A DNA stretch of 64,000 nt from an uncultured Phycisphaerales bacterium (GCA_963718665.1 OY970359.1:1376001-1440000), one strand, 5' to 3'; shown: positions 20,961 through 31,368, counted from the first letter of the stretch. Numbers and translations are program-made. The notes: generated from the letters alone by a model not told the origin.

Positions 20961-23333
20961 TTATTGCAGACGGATTTCGAAGTCCTGCGTCGTTATCGTC
21001 TCAGCGCCAACCTGCAATTTTTTCCAGGTTGTTGTCTTGGCCGGGTCTTTTACCGTTACCTTATCGATTACGCTGGCCGTCAGTCCGAAGGGCGTGCCGT
21101 TATTGGAATACTTCGGAAATGCCAGGTAAGCGCTGCCGATATGTTTGGCCGTTACGTTGCTGTTTATTATGCCGAACGGCTCTCCGACAATACCTGTTAT
21201 TTTCAACGTTTTCAGAAGTCCGCTTGCGGCGGTGAAGTTGCAATCAGCAAGTTGGCCGGCGGTTATTGTGTTTGCGGATTTAACCTGCCAGCTTCCCGAC
21301 AACGTTGCATCAATACTCATCGGTTTATTGCCGATTGCCTTCAGTGTCCCGATATTACCCGTGATATTGGCGTCGAAACCTTGAGACGAACTTGCCGTCT
21401 CGATGGTCCCGCAGTTGCCGACAATATTCCAATTTGAATCACCAAGCTGGCCCGCAATATTCGCTTTATTTAATGATACGCCTTTTGGGCTGCCGGCGCC
21501 GCTAAGGTTCACATCTGCGCCGAAATCACCTGCTATACCGCTTACTGCGTTGCCGTCGATTGCCAGCGATGAAATCCAGGGCGCGCTTAACGAGCCGCTC
21601 TTCCACTCTGTCGCCTGCAATGTCTTAATCGGCGTTCCGCTTGTCAGGGCCAGGTTGTTTATCCGCCCGAGCTTCAGGGAGCAGGCGGCTTTCGTCGATA
21701 AGGAAGAGCCGATATTTATATTACTGCTGCCCGATATGTCATTGAGGGTAATCATAGCGCAGCTGCCGTTAATAGTAATGTCCCCGGTCAAATCGACGTT
21801 GCCGGCGTTTATTGCTTTGATTGGGCCGTCGGCCTCGATATTACCGACGCTTGTTTTGGCGTTAGGTTCCGGCGTGATAGTCAATACTGATTTCTCGGTG
21901 GTGCCGCTCAGGATAATATTCGCAAAACTACAGTCGCCCTGCACATTGCTGTCGCTTTCCACAACGGCGGACCCGCCGCCCGTCAGCGAGAATGTTACCA
22001 TGTTGTTGTTGCAGTCCGGGGCTTGCAGTTGATGATTTTTTAGTCCGCCGAGTGTGCCGAATCCTGTGGTTATATCAAATGCGGTATGACGCCTGCTGGC
22101 CTTGCCTACTTCTATTGCTATATCGTTGTCATTCTGAACCTGGTACCAGCGCCCGAAATCAAGCTCGGCAAACCATGTGCCGGGGTTAAGGTTTAAGGCA
22201 TTTGCCTCGACAGTATTTTCCCTGTAGTCCTGTTCTGTCAGGTTGCTGTCGGAAGGATTGTCGAAACCGAGCCGGATAGAATTCACATTCGAGTCGCTGC
22301 ATTTTGTCCAGGCAAATTGAAGTGGGCTTACCACGCCTTCGGTGTCCAGTGGGTATTTTATTTCAGGTCTTTGTGTCGGCTGTGCAATCGACCCCGGCTG
22401 GTCTGGAATCCCGAAATTAACTACTGTTTCATCCGGATTGTTGTCTGTATAGGTTATGTTGATTGTGTATCTGCCGTCCGGGTAACGATTCAGCCCATTG
22501 GCCTCGTAGAACCATTCCTGATATTGCCAGTAAGTTATCCCATTCTGTGTATTGCGTGCCCCTGTGATGTGTCTTGAGGGGTCTTGGTTGCCGTCCGGGT
22601 AAGTGAGGCCGTCCGGCGTTGTGAAGCTTATATCGGAGATCGTACTGTCTGTCTCGATAGCAAAGCGAAAGTCATACGTTTCGCCTATCCTGCCGTCCTT
22701 GAGCCAGTTCGTGCAAAATACGCTAAGGTCATTTGTGTCAACCGAACCGTCTTTGTTAGCAGGGGAGATATCCGCCCTCATATCGCTTCCGGTTTGTCCC
22801 CACTGCTGGGCAAAAATGGCAAAGTCAACGAAATCGACGAAGCCGTCGCAGTCCAAATCGCCTGCCAGTCCAAGGCCGTCGCAATTCCCGGTTACGGCGT
22901 TTTCATCGCTTGCGCCGGGGATATAGTCGATGCCCTCCTCTATTTTTATAAATTGGATATGCCTGGTGGGGACGTCCTGCGCGGTCAAATTGATGTATTT
23001 CGGCGAATTAACGTCCGCGGCGTTTACTATTCCTATCTGCCCGGTTACAGTCGTCCCATGCGGCATTACATTAAAATCAGCAGTAACCGTGCATATCCCT
23101 GCCGCCCCGCGGGAGGTCCCGCTGGCCGGAGTGATCTGGAAGTACGTTGACCCCTGGATGACGAATAAGTAGTAATACAGCGTGCCGTTTCCGCTATTCC
23201 AAACCTTGAAGGTCTTTGACGTGCTGTCCTTATCGAAGACGATTTCCCCTGTGCTCACGCCTATCGAAGCTTTAGCCAGCACTATCGCCGAAGACGCAAG
23301 GATAACGCTCAAAATGACCGCAGTCGTTTTCGT
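20961..23333 (-). CDS. Large secreted protein with a dockerin-like double Ca-binding repeat
   Basis: GDLDCDGFVDFVDFAIFAQQW...ADISPANKDGSVDTNDLSVFCTNWL; G/S/T/N-rich beta-type C terminus. Start is TTG 23312 or ACG 23333 behind SD GAAGGAG. Confidence 0.75.
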   Translation of the reverse strand, partial: TKTTAVILSVILASSAIVLAKASIGVSTGEIVFDKDSTSKTFKVWNSGNGTLYYYLFVIQGSTYFQITPASGTSRGAAGICTVTADFNVMPHGTTVTGQIGIVNAADVNSPKYINLTAQDVPTRHIQFIKIEEGIDYIPGASDENAVTGNCDGLGLAGDLDCDGFVDFVDFAIFAQQWGQTGSDMRADISPANKDGSVDTNDLSVFCTNWLKDGRIGETYDFRFAIETDSTISDISFTTPDGLTYPDGNQDPSRHITGARNTQNGITYWQYQEWFYEANGLNRYPDGRYTINITYTDNNPDETVVNFGIPDQPGSIAQPTQRPEIKYPLDTEGVVSPLQFAWTKCSDSNVNSIRLGFDNPSDSNLTEQDYRENTVEANALNLNPGTWFAELDFGRWYQVQNDNDIAIEVGKASRRHTAFDITTGFGTLGGLKNHQLQAPDCNNNMVTFSLTGGGSAVVESDSNVQGDCSFANIILSGTTEKSVLTITPEPNAKTSVGNIEADGPIKAINAGNVDLTGDITINGSCAMITLNDISGSSNINIGSSLSTKAACSLKLGRINNLALTSGTPIKTLQATEWKSGSLSAPWISSLAIDGNAVSGIAGDFGADVNLSGAGSPKGVSLNKANIAGQLGDSNWNIVGNCGTIETASSSQGFDANITGNIGTLKAIGNKPMSIDATLSGSWQVKSANTITAGQLADCNFTAASGLLKTLKITGIVGEPFGIINSNVTAKHIGSAYLAFPKYSNNGTPFGLTASVIDKVTVKDPAKTTTWKKLQVGAETITTQDFEIRLQ

Positions 23334-23520
23334 GTTTTTCTCCTTCCGATTTAACTAATCAAGTGCAAAACAGCCCTTTACCGCCTCCTTTCGGCTGTGT
23401 AGTATAAACGGGGAAATCCTTTTCATCTCCTTCTCTCGCACCTAAAAGCCCGATACGAGATTTAAGTTATTGTATCTAATGACGCAGGAAAAGTCAAGGC
23501 AAAAAGGGGGTTTTGTGGGA

Positions 23521-23754
23521 TTAGGCGCCCTTCAATGGGCTTGTTTCCGTGAATTCGAACACCTGCTCTATGCCTACCCCGAATGCTTTAGCGATGCGGA
23601 AGGCCAAAGGCAGCGAAGGCGCGTATTTGCCCTGTTCCATCGCGATTATCGTCTGTCGGGTTACGCCCGCGAGGTCGGCCAATTGCTGCTGGGTCATTTC
23701 GCCTTTTTCAAATCGCAGCCGGCGAATGTTGTTTTTCAGTTCATTTGTCTCCAT
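23521..23754 (-). CDS. XRE-family HTH transcriptional regulator
   Basis: NNIRRLR...[35 protein letters not shown]. Confidence 0.93.
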   Translation of the reverse strand: METNELKNNIRRLRFEKGEMTQQQLADLAGVTRQTIIAMEQGKYAPSLPLAFRIAKAFGVGIEQVFEFTETSPLKGA

Positions 23755-24190
23755 CGCCCCTCCTGAAAAAGTATTGAGCCAGAACCGCTGTCGAATAGAT
23801 CATCATAAGGATTAATAGAGCGCCAAAGATAATAAGCGGAAGCGACCAAGCAGGGACGCAGCCATCGTCGCCGAAAATAGTTTGCGGGATTACGCTGACG
23901 GCAGGGAGCACTATCCAGGCCGATATAAAGGCAGCCATTGCCGCCCTGGTTGTAATCAGCTTATCGCGTTCGTCGGCCTCTGGTTCTTTAGGGCTTTGTC
24001 GCTTTAACGACCAGACAATCAGTGAACCATACAGCAGAAACAAAAGAATCAAAACTGTCAGCTTCAGGAACCGACCGCCTTCGGGTGTCTTCTTTAGGAC
24101 AAAAAGCTGAAAAAATATGTAGGCAAGCATTGCGAGAGTTAATAATACTACCACCAGATGGCACAGCGCCGTTTTTTGAGTTCTATTCAT
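23741..24190 (-). CDS. 4-TM membrane protein, DUF2178-like (paralog 3)
   Basis: MNRTQK start, DERD motif between TM pairs; overlaps both neighbours. Confidence 0.75.
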   Translation of the reverse strand: MNRTQKTALCHLVVVLLTLAMLAYIFFQLFVLKKTPEGGRFLKLTVLILLFLLYGSLIVWSLKRQSPKEPEADERDKLITTRAAMAAFISAWIVLPAVSVIPQTIFGDDGCVPAWSLPLIIFGALLILMMIYSTAVLAQYFFRRGDGDK

Positions 24191-24644
24191 TTTCTTTTGC
24201 CCTCCAGCCGTACTGAATCAGTACCGCAACGGAATAAACAAGAACAATAAGAATGGCGGCGCCACTGAAGCACAAAGGTAAGATATAAAAAGGAATAGTT
24301 TTAAGGCCTATGGTGCTTGGAATAACTATAGATCCTATTGTAAAAACCGTGCAGAGCGCATAAAACACATATAACAGGGCTCTGTAATGGACTAACTGAT
24401 CCCGTTCGTCATAGGGATAAATTCCCTTCCATTGTTTAGGTTTGCGAACAACATGTAAAGCATTCATGCCCAGAGGCAAAAAAATGGCCATTGTGCAAGG
24501 TGCAAAAACTTGTGTGGCCAATGTTATAGAAAATGGTATTCCGTGAACTTTTACACACATAAGGATTGTCAAGACGGTCAGGAGAGGACAAACCACGAAG
24601 ATCATAAATAAACTGAACCATGCTTGTTTTTGTAATTTCGTCAT
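24183..24644 (-). CDS. 4-TM membrane protein, DUF2178-like (paralog 2)
   Basis: MTKLQKQAWF start, YDERD motif, ends QYGW. Confidence 0.75.
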   Translation of the reverse strand: MTKLQKQAWFSLFMIFVVCPLLTVLTILMCVKVHGIPFSITLATQVFAPCTMAIFLPLGMNALHVVRKPKQWKGIYPYDERDQLVHYRALLYVFYALCTVFTIGSIVIPSTIGLKTIPFYILPLCFSGAAILIVLVYSVAVLIQYGWRAKENE

Positions 24645-25075
24645 GATCTTTCTCCTTTCCAGCCGTATTCATTGAGGATTACTATCGATTGCAGGAGCAT
24701 CACAACGAACATCCCGCCAAATACCATCCACGGCAGATAGTTGGTTGTGATGGTACCATTCGGCCCGATGATGAACCACGGAACCATCGCCGCCGCAACG
24801 AACAGCAGCCAGAAGATAGAGTATGCAACAATCACGGCTTTGCGTTGAATTGCTGTGTCGCGTTCATCGAACTGCACCTTGTTTTTATCCTTCCTGAATA
24901 AAACAGGGCTCAAACCACAAAAGCCCATAATCCCTATGAACCCGAAACCAGCAGCCGCATGACGAGCGGGCGCCCCAAAAACAAAGTAGCCGATACTAAA
25001 TGCAATCACGCTCAGCCCCAGGGCGAGGGAAATCACGATTAGATTAAACCATGCTATTTTCTGCATTCTGTTCAT
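24641..25075 (-). CDS. 4-TM membrane protein, DUF2178-like (paralog 1)
   Basis: SD AAGGAG; MNRMQKIAWF start, FDERD motif, ends EYGW. Confidence 0.78.
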   Translation of the reverse strand: MNRMQKIAWFNLIVISLALGLSVIAFSIGYFVFGAPARHAAAGFGFIGIMGFCGLSPVLFRKDKNKVQFDERDTAIQRKAVIVAYSIFWLLFVAAAMVPWFIIGPNGTITTNYLPWMVFGGMFVVMLLQSIVILNEYGWKGERS

Positions 25076-25094
25076 ACCTGATTCTCCTTAAATA

Positions 25095-25142
25095 TGTAAC
25101 ATATATCGTACATAATGTAAGATAAACATTACACTATGTCAA
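25095..25142 (-). promoter_or_regulatory. Promoter with tandem palindromic operators, probably XRE sites
   Basis: TGTAA-N8-GTACA (25095-25112) and TGTAA-N8-TTACA (25116-25133); minus-strand TTGACA-N17-TACATT overlaps the second site. Confidence 0.65.
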
Positions 25143-25250
25143 GGCAATTTTACAATTTTTGCAAAAATTTTTCGCACAGGGTAACAGGGGAGGCATTTTA
25201 GGGTTATTTAACACTGGGCAATTTGAGAGGGGTTTTCCGATATATGGGAT

Positions 25251-25967
25251 ATGCAGCTAACAACATCACAGACAAAGGTATGCCCATTTTGTGCCGAGAC
25301 GATACTGGCGGCGGCGATTAAGTGCCGGCATTGCGGCGAGTTTCTCAATACCGCGCGTGCAAAGGCGATGCTGACTCAGCCCGGCGGGCAGGGCGGTTCA
25401 GGCGATTCCCAGCAAACCGAGGGCGAGGATGCATCGAAAGAGCAGCCGAACAAGGTAGTTTACTCGGGCAACCCGACTTTGTGGGTGATGACAGGGGATT
25501 TTGTCAAAGGCGGGGCAATACTGCTTGCGGCGATTCTGATAATTGCCTGGCATATCGAAAGCATTTCCTGGCTGCACCTTTCCTTTCACAGCATGGCGGT
25601 TGTCGGCAAGTACCGGGTGCTGCTGGGGCTGGGCGTGATTTTTGTCGTTGGCCTGATTCTTTTTTACAAGGCGTGGAAAATCAGGATGACTCATTACGAG
25701 GTCAGCCCCGACCGGATTGAATACGGCGAAGGCATATTTGACCGCAAAATTGATAATCTCGATATGTTCCGCGTGGTCGATATCAAGCTCCGCAGGAATG
25801 CCCTCGATTTGGTTGTCGGCGTGGGGACGGTGTTATTGACGACAACGGACAAGAGCCATCCGGAGTTTGAGTTCAAAAAAATCAAAAATTCCCGCGAGCT
25901 TTACGACACCATCAAAAAGGCGAGTCTTTCCGCCGACCGCAGAACAAATGTAGTTCACATGGAATAA
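25251..25967 (+). CDS. Membrane-anchored bacterial PH-domain protein with N-terminal zinc ribbon
   Basis: CPFCAETILAAAIKCRHCGE, two TM helices, then YEVSPDRI..GIF..LDMFRVVDI..GVGTV typical of bPH_2. Confidence 0.8.
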   Translation: MQLTTSQTKVCPFCAETILAAAIKCRHCGEFLNTARAKAMLTQPGGQGGSGDSQQTEGEDASKEQPNKVVYSGNPTLWVMTGDFVKGGAILLAAILIIAWHIESISWLHLSFHSMAVVGKYRVLLGLGVIFVVGLILFYKAWKIRMTHYEVSPDRIEYGEGIFDRKIDNLDMFRVVDIKLRRNALDLVVGVGTVLLTTTDKSHPEFEFKKIKNSRELYDTIKKASLSADRRTNVVHME

Positions 25968-26149
25968 CCTTTAGCCCAAGAGGGCTGAGGAAAGGATTAG
26001 TCGCATTTCTCCCAACCGCGGGGCAAAAAAATCTAATGGAATGGTGCCCATAGACAAAGTCACATTTTTTGTTTATAATAATCGCCCGGGTTTCGAGTAG
26101 CGTAGAAACAGGAAACAATAAATGGACAATAACGAAGGAGGCAAAGAGC

Positions 26150-26836
26150 ATGAACGTGAATTTGATGAGCCGTATCAGGATTAGTGGTTTTATATGTCTT
26201 GCTATAACGCTGGGGCTGGCCGGCATAAGCTATGCGGGTTTGCCCCAGGTGATAGGCAACTGGGAAGACAGCAATGATGGCTGGGCGGTGCATTCTGAAG
26301 CTGCCGATGGAACGACTGCGAAGGCAGTCCGGGAAAACGCGACGTTAGGCAATTATAGTTACAAGGTGTTTGTGCCTTCCGGCTGGCAGAAAACAATAGT
26401 GCGGGATTTGTCGGGCGATGCGAATCTGCTGGCGGCCCTCGGCAAAGCCACACAGTTAAAGGTAGATGTAACTTTGAAAGCCAAGGAGTGGAACATCGGC
26501 ACCGGCTGGGTCAAGCCAATCGAATGTATCGTGATACAGGATGATTTTGGCGGTTGGCAGCAAATAGACCCGGCGGCAAGCCAGGAAGATACTTCGTGGA
26601 ACGGTTCAGCCGATAAAACGGTTACGGTCACTTTTGATATTCCTCCTCAAACCCCGCCGGACCTGACACACGGAAGCGTCACTATCATTACAAACTATGA
26701 TGGCGTGACCACTGCCGGCAATTTCTATTTCGACAACGTGCGATTGTTAGGAGCGAGCGAGCCGAATCAGCCCAAAGAAGCCGTTAAGGCCGTCGAACCA
26801 AATAAACCTAAAGAGCCGAATAAACCGGCAAAGTAA
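26150..26836 (+). CDS. Secreted protein, possible carbohydrate-binding beta-sandwich, with EPN-repeat tail
   Basis: SD AAGGAGG; signal peptide ending SYA; Trp-rich; FYFDNVRL; tail EPNQ..EPNKPKEPNKPAK. Confidence 0.7.
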   Translation: MNVNLMSRIRISGFICLAITLGLAGISYAGLPQVIGNWEDSNDGWAVHSEAADGTTAKAVRENATLGNYSYKVFVPSGWQKTIVRDLSGDANLLAALGKATQLKVDVTLKAKEWNIGTGWVKPIECIVIQDDFGGWQQIDPAASQEDTSWNGSADKTVTVTFDIPPQTPPDLTHGSVTIITNYDGVTTAGNFYFDNVRLLGASEPNQPKEAVKAVEPNKPKEPNKPAK

Positions 26837-26874
26837 AAAAGAATACAAGGACACAAAAACACAGGTGCACAAGC

Positions 26875-27396
26875 TCACAAGGGCTTGTGCACTTTTGTTT
26901 CAAGGGCGAGCAATTTCTTTTTGGTGCCCGTGCCGCCGAATGCGCTGAAGTTGCCGAGTGAGCCATCGGCGTGGATGACGCGGTGGCAGGGAATAATCAG
27001 GGGGATAGGATTTCTCGCTAATGCGCTGCCGACTGCTCTGCTTGCGCGGGGCTTGCCAATCATACCTGCTAACTGGGAATAAGACACTGTCTTGCCGGTG
27101 GGTATTTTTTCACAGGCGGCCAACACTTTGCGGGCGAAGGGTGGAAACTTGTCGAGGACAAGAGAGGTATTGAATCTTGCCGGTTTGCCTTCAAAATAGG
27201 CGATTATTTGTTTTTGCAGGGGTTTCAGGAGATTTTTGTCAAATTGGGGTTTGTCGAGACCAGCGAGGAGGTGTTTTTCGATGATTTTGCGGTTTTCGCA
27301 GGGCAGAATCGTTCGGCGAAGCCCCTTCTTGTCGGCAGCCAAGCCAAAATACCCCCAGGCAGTACTGAAAATCGTATATTTCATTTGCGCAGCCAT
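26875..27396 (-). CDS. ogt: Methylated-DNA-protein-cysteine methyltransferase
   Basis: RAVGSALARNPIPLIIPCHRVI active-site motif; start uncertain (27384-27411). Confidence 0.93.
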   Translation of the reverse strand: MAAQMKYTIFSTAWGYFGLAADKKGLRRTILPCENRKIIEKHLLAGLDKPQFDKNLLKPLQKQIIAYFEGKPARFNTSLVLDKFPPFARKVLAACEKIPTGKTVSYSQLAGMIGKPRASRAVGSALARNPIPLIIPCHRVIHADGSLGNFSAFGGTGTKKKLLALETKVHKPL

Positions 27397-27535
27397 ACCA
27401 CGAAAAATCATATTAAACGAGGCAAAGTCGTTGACGCAAGGGGGAAATTATGTTAGAAAAGCGGGTTTGTAAATCTGTATAGGTAAAAGGTTTGACGCCC
27501 CCGCGTTTTCTTATCAAAAACAAGTAAGGGGGCAG

Positions 27536-28618
27536 GTGGGAATTTTGTCTTTAGACGACCTTAGAAAACAGATTGACGAGATTGACCGCAAGCTTGTCGA
27601 GTTGCTCAACGAGCGTGCCAATGTTGTGATAGAAATTGGCAAGCTCAAGAACGAGACGGGCAAGCCCGTGTATGCGCCGGACCGTGAGAAGGAAGTGCTT
27701 GAGAAGGTAGCCGGTCACAACAATGGGCCGCTGCCGAACAAATGTTTGCAGGCGATATGGCGCGAGCTTATGAGCGGGTCGTTTGTTCTGGAAAGGCCGT
27801 TGCGGGTGGGTTACTTAGGCCCCGGCGGCAGCTACAGTCATACGGCGGCGATTTGCAAGTTCGGGCAAGGCGCGGATTATGAGCCGCTTGCGGACATTCG
27901 CAGTGTTCTGGATGAGGTAAGCAAGGGGCATTGCGATTTGGGCATCGTGCCGATAGAGAATACCCTGGGCGGCGGTGTGATTGAAACGCTTGACGCGCTA
28001 GTGGATTCGGATGTGAAGGTTTGCTCGGAGATTTTGATGGCGATTCATCATAATCTTTTGGCTAATTGCAACATAGACCAGATTGAGAAGATTTACTCGA
28101 AGCCGGAAGTTTTTACGCAGTGTCGCAACTGGCTTGCCGCGACGTTCAAAGAGGCGAAAACCGTCGCGGAGCCGTCAACTGCGAAAGCGGCGCAGAAGGC
28201 CGCCAAAGAAGCGAAGTCGGCGGCAATTGGTTCGACGGTGGCGGCGGAACTGTATGGGTTGAAAATCGTGTGCGAAAGCATCGAGGACACGCCTAACAAC
28301 GTAACGAGGTTTTTTGTGGTCGGGCGCGAAGATGCCAGGCCCACCGGCGAAGACAAGACCGCGGCGATATTCAGCACGGCCCACAAGGCAGGCGCCCTGG
28401 TCGATGTGCTCGAAGTTTTCAAGAAGTATGGTGTAAACCTGACTAATATAGAATCGAGACCCAGCAAAAAGAGGCAGTGGGAATATTACTTCTTTGTGGA
28501 TTTTATGGGTCATCGCGGCGACGAAAATGTTCAGAAGGCCTTCGACGAGGCGAAAAAGCACTGTTTGCAGCTTTCGGTGCTGGGCAGCTTCCCGCGAGCG
28601 ACGGAAGTTTTGGGATAA
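27536..28618 (+). CDS. pheA: Chorismate mutase/prephenate dehydratase
   Basis: LRKQIDEIDRKLVELLNERA, YLGP.GSYS, VPIEN, NVTRF and IESRP motifs. Confidence 0.96.
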   Translation: MGILSLDDLRKQIDEIDRKLVELLNERANVVIEIGKLKNETGKPVYAPDREKEVLEKVAGHNNGPLPNKCLQAIWRELMSGSFVLERPLRVGYLGPGGSYSHTAAICKFGQGADYEPLADIRSVLDEVSKGHCDLGIVPIENTLGGGVIETLDALVDSDVKVCSEILMAIHHNLLANCNIDQIEKIYSKPEVFTQCRNWLAATFKEAKTVAEPSTAKAAQKAAKEAKSAAIGSTVAAELYGLKIVCESIEDTPNNVTRFFVVGREDARPTGEDKTAAIFSTAHKAGALVDVLEVFKKYGVNLTNIESRPSKKRQWEYYFFVDFMGHRGDENVQKAFDEAKKHCLQLSVLGSFPRATEVLG

Positions 28619-28633
28619 ATTTAGGAGAGTAGG

Positions 28634-29395
28634 ATGCGAAAGTCATTTATAGCGGGCAACTGGAAAATGAACACCGACGTTCACAGCTCAGTCAAACTGG
28701 CTGAGGGCGTTGTTTTGGGTTGTAAAGACGTGGCGGGCAGCAAAGTTGACGTAGCCGTGTGCCCGCCATTTGTTTATCTTCAGCAGGTGGGCAAGGCCCT
28801 TCAATCGTCGCATATCGGGCTTGGCTCGCAGGATATTTACTTCGAGCGGAAAGGCGCGTTCACGGGCGAGATTAGCTCGGCGATGCTTAAGGACGTCGGC
28901 TGTGCTTACGCGTTATGCGGTCATTCCGAGAGACGGCACGTTATCGGCGAGACCGATGAGCTGATAAACAAAAAGGTTCACGCGGCCATATTGGGCGGGC
29001 TTTTGCCGATTTTGTGCGTCGGCGAGCTGCTCGATGAGCGAAAGGCGAACAAAACCGACGAAGTAGTAACGCGGCAGATGGAAAAGGGCCTGGCGGGATT
29101 AATCGCAGAAAAAATGTCGGCTGTTACGATTGCGTATGAGCCCGTATGGGCGATAGGGACAGGGTTGACTGCGACTCCTCAGCAGGCACAGGAAGTGCAT
29201 GCGTTGATTCGGAAATTGGTCGCCCAAATGTATGACAGGAAGATTGCCGACGCGATTCGCATTCAGTATGGCGGGTCGGTAAAGCCGGATAACGCGGGCG
29301 AGCTGATGAGCCAGGAAGACGTTGACGGCTTATTGGTAGGCGGGGCAAGTTTGAAAGCAGAAGATTTTGTGGCGATTGTTAAAGCGTCGGTTTGA
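28634..29395 (+). CDS. tpiA: Triosephosphate isomerase
   Basis: AGNWKMN, GHSERR, AYEPVWAIGTG and YGGSV motifs. Confidence 0.98.
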   Translation: MRKSFIAGNWKMNTDVHSSVKLAEGVVLGCKDVAGSKVDVAVCPPFVYLQQVGKALQSSHIGLGSQDIYFERKGAFTGEISSAMLKDVGCAYALCGHSERRHVIGETDELINKKVHAAILGGLLPILCVGELLDERKANKTDEVVTRQMEKGLAGLIAEKMSAVTIAYEPVWAIGTGLTATPQQAQEVHALIRKLVAQMYDRKIADAIRIQYGGSVKPDNAGELMSQEDVDGLLVGGASLKAEDFVAIVKASV

Positions 29396-29429
29396 TTATA
29401 AAAAAATTAAACGAAATAAGGGACATATT

Positions 29430-29816
29430 ATGGCATTGAATCCGGTATTGGCGGCAGGTTTCATAACGAACATTCTCGCGGTGTTTTTTGTGATTGGTTC
29501 GGTAGTGCTTATCTTGGTGGTATTGATTCAAAAAGGCAAAGGCGGCGGACTTAGCGGCGCTTTTGCCGGCGGTATGGCCAGCGGCATACTGGGCAGCAAG
29601 ACGGGCGACGTCCTGACCTGGCTTACTATCAGCGTGGCCAGCTTATTTATAATTGTTGCTCTTGTGCTTGACAGGTGGTGGCGTCCGTCAACGAGCGGGC
29701 CGACATTGAAAACTCCAGCCCCGATAACCAGCAATGATACCGGCAGGGGCGCAGAACAGCCGGCGGCTCCGGCTGCGCCTGCACCGGCAGACCAGCAGGG
29801 TCAGACCCAGCAATAA
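29430..29816 (+). CDS. secG: Preprotein translocase subunit SecG
   Basis: VLIQKGKGGGLSGAF; two TM helices; tpiA-secG synteny. Confidence 0.92.
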   Translation: MALNPVLAAGFITNILAVFFVIGSVVLILVVLIQKGKGGGLSGAFAGGMASGILGSKTGDVLTWLTISVASLFIIVALVLDRWWRPSTSGPTLKTPAPITSNDTGRGAEQPAAPAAPAPADQQGQTQQ

Positions 29817-29885
29817 ATGTGCGTATCGCCGTTTGGGGTAAAGTGTTTTCCCGTCGGCGATATATGTAATGAGGGCTGAATCTCT

Positions 29886-30776
29886 ATGATAAACAGTATG
29901 ACCGGATACGGGAACGCGGATGGCCGGCTGAGCGGCACGACTTATATTGTCGAAATCAGCACGGTCAACAACCGCTATTTCAAGCCGACAATTCGGCTGC
30001 CGGAAACGCTTGGGTTTCTGGAAAGCGACGTCGAAAAAGAGCTGCGCCGGGAGGTGTCGCGCGGCACGGCCAACTATACACTCAGGCAAAAAGGCGCGCC
30101 GGCAGAGGCGCTTTTCGAGATAAACGAAAAGGCGCTGACGACGCTGCTTAAACGACTCGGCAAAATTTCACCGTCGGCTGGTCTGGAACGTGAGCTTGAT
30201 TTGAGCGGATTACTGGCGTTGCCGGGAATTTTGTCGCCCGCGGTGCCGAGCAGCAAGGAGGCCGACAGGATTCGGCGAAAGGTGCTGGCGATTACGAAAC
30301 AAGCGCTGAGGGGGCTTAAGTCGATGCGTGCTGCGGAAGGTGAAGCCCTGTCGGCAGACCTCGAAAAGCATTGCAGGGCGATAAAAACCTCGCTTGAGCA
30401 GATACAAACTCGCAGCGCCGCCGGGCCTAAGCAATACGCTGAAAAACTCAAAAGAAGAATCGAAGAGCTGCTCTCGGTTGCTAAATTAAAATTGAATGAC
30501 GAGACATTGGCTCGCGAGGTCGCGATTTTCGCGGACAGGGCGGACATATCGGAAGAAATCGCCCGGCTCGATTCGCACTTAGTGCAGTTTACGAAGGGTT
30601 TGAAGAGCAGTGCCGGACAAAGCGAAGGCCGCAAGCTCGATTTTATCTGTCAGGAGATGCTCAGAGAGGCCAACACTATCGGCAGCAAGGCAGGCGACTC
30701 CGAGATTGTGCATTTAGTTGTGGATATCAAGTGCCGGATAGACCGAATCAAGGAACAGGTCCAGAACGTGGAATAA
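29886..30776 (+). CDS. YicC/YloC-family endoribonuclease
   Basis: MINSMTGYG, DISEEIARL, GRKLDFICQEMLREANTIGSK and EQVQNVE motifs. Confidence 0.94.
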   Translation: MINSMTGYGNADGRLSGTTYIVEISTVNNRYFKPTIRLPETLGFLESDVEKELRREVSRGTANYTLRQKGAPAEALFEINEKALTTLLKRLGKISPSAGLERELDLSGLLALPGILSPAVPSSKEADRIRRKVLAITKQALRGLKSMRAAEGEALSADLEKHCRAIKTSLEQIQTRSAAGPKQYAEKLKRRIEELLSVAKLKLNDETLAREVAIFADRADISEEIARLDSHLVQFTKGLKSSAGQSEGRKLDFICQEMLREANTIGSKAGDSEIVHLVVDIKCRIDRIKEQVQNVE

Positions 30777-30786
30777 CGAATCGCCG

Positions 30787-31368
30787 ATGAGTAAGTCGCA
30801 GGCGTCAAAGGGAATTATTGTCGTAATAAGCGGCCCCAGCGGCGTAGGCAAGGGGACGATTTGCAAAGAGCTAGTCAAACGGCTGGACGATGCGTGCCTG
30901 AGCGTTTCGGTAACTACGCGACAAAGAACGCCGAAAGAAGTTGACGGCAAAGATTACTGGTTTGTCGGCAGGGACGAGTTTCAGCGGCGAATCGAAAAAG
31001 GCCTGCTGCTGGAGCACGCTGAGGTCTTCGGCAATTTTTACGGCACGCCGAAAGACAAGGTTGATGAGGCAATTGCCGCCGGCAAAGTGGTGATACTGGA
31101 AATAGACGTTCAGGGCGGCAAACAGGTTAAGAAGCTGTATCCGGATACCGTGATGGTATTTATCCTCGCCCCGACGCCAAAGGAGCTTGCGGGCCGATTG
31201 CACGGCAGGGGCAGAGACGGTGAGGAAACGGCGAAGCGCCGCCTCAGCCAGGCGTCAAACGAGATTGCGGTCGCCCGGCAGGATTATCAGTATATGGTTG
31301 TAAATGACAAGCTGGACGTGGCAGTAAATGAAATAATAGGAATAATCGAAACGATACGGAAGAAATAA
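30787..31368 (+). CDS. gmk: Guanylate kinase
   Basis: SGPSGVGKGT, DGKDYWF, FYGTP and LEIDVQG motifs. Confidence 0.96.
   Translation: MSKSQASKGIIVVISGPSGVGKGTICKELVKRLDDACLSVSVTTRQRTPKEVDGKDYWFVGRDEFQRRIEKGLLLEHAEVFGNFYGTPKDKVDEAIAAGKVVILEIDVQGGKQVKKLYPDTVMVFILAPTPKELAGRLHGRGRDGEETAKRRLSQASNEIAVARQDYQYMVVNDKLDVAVNEIIGIIETIRKK

Noticed and set aside
26845..26897. CACAA-rich short repeats and a GTGCACAAGC/GCTTGTGCAC hairpin at the end of ogt
   Set aside because: Adequately explained as a terminator-like hairpin between convergent genes; too short to call an element.
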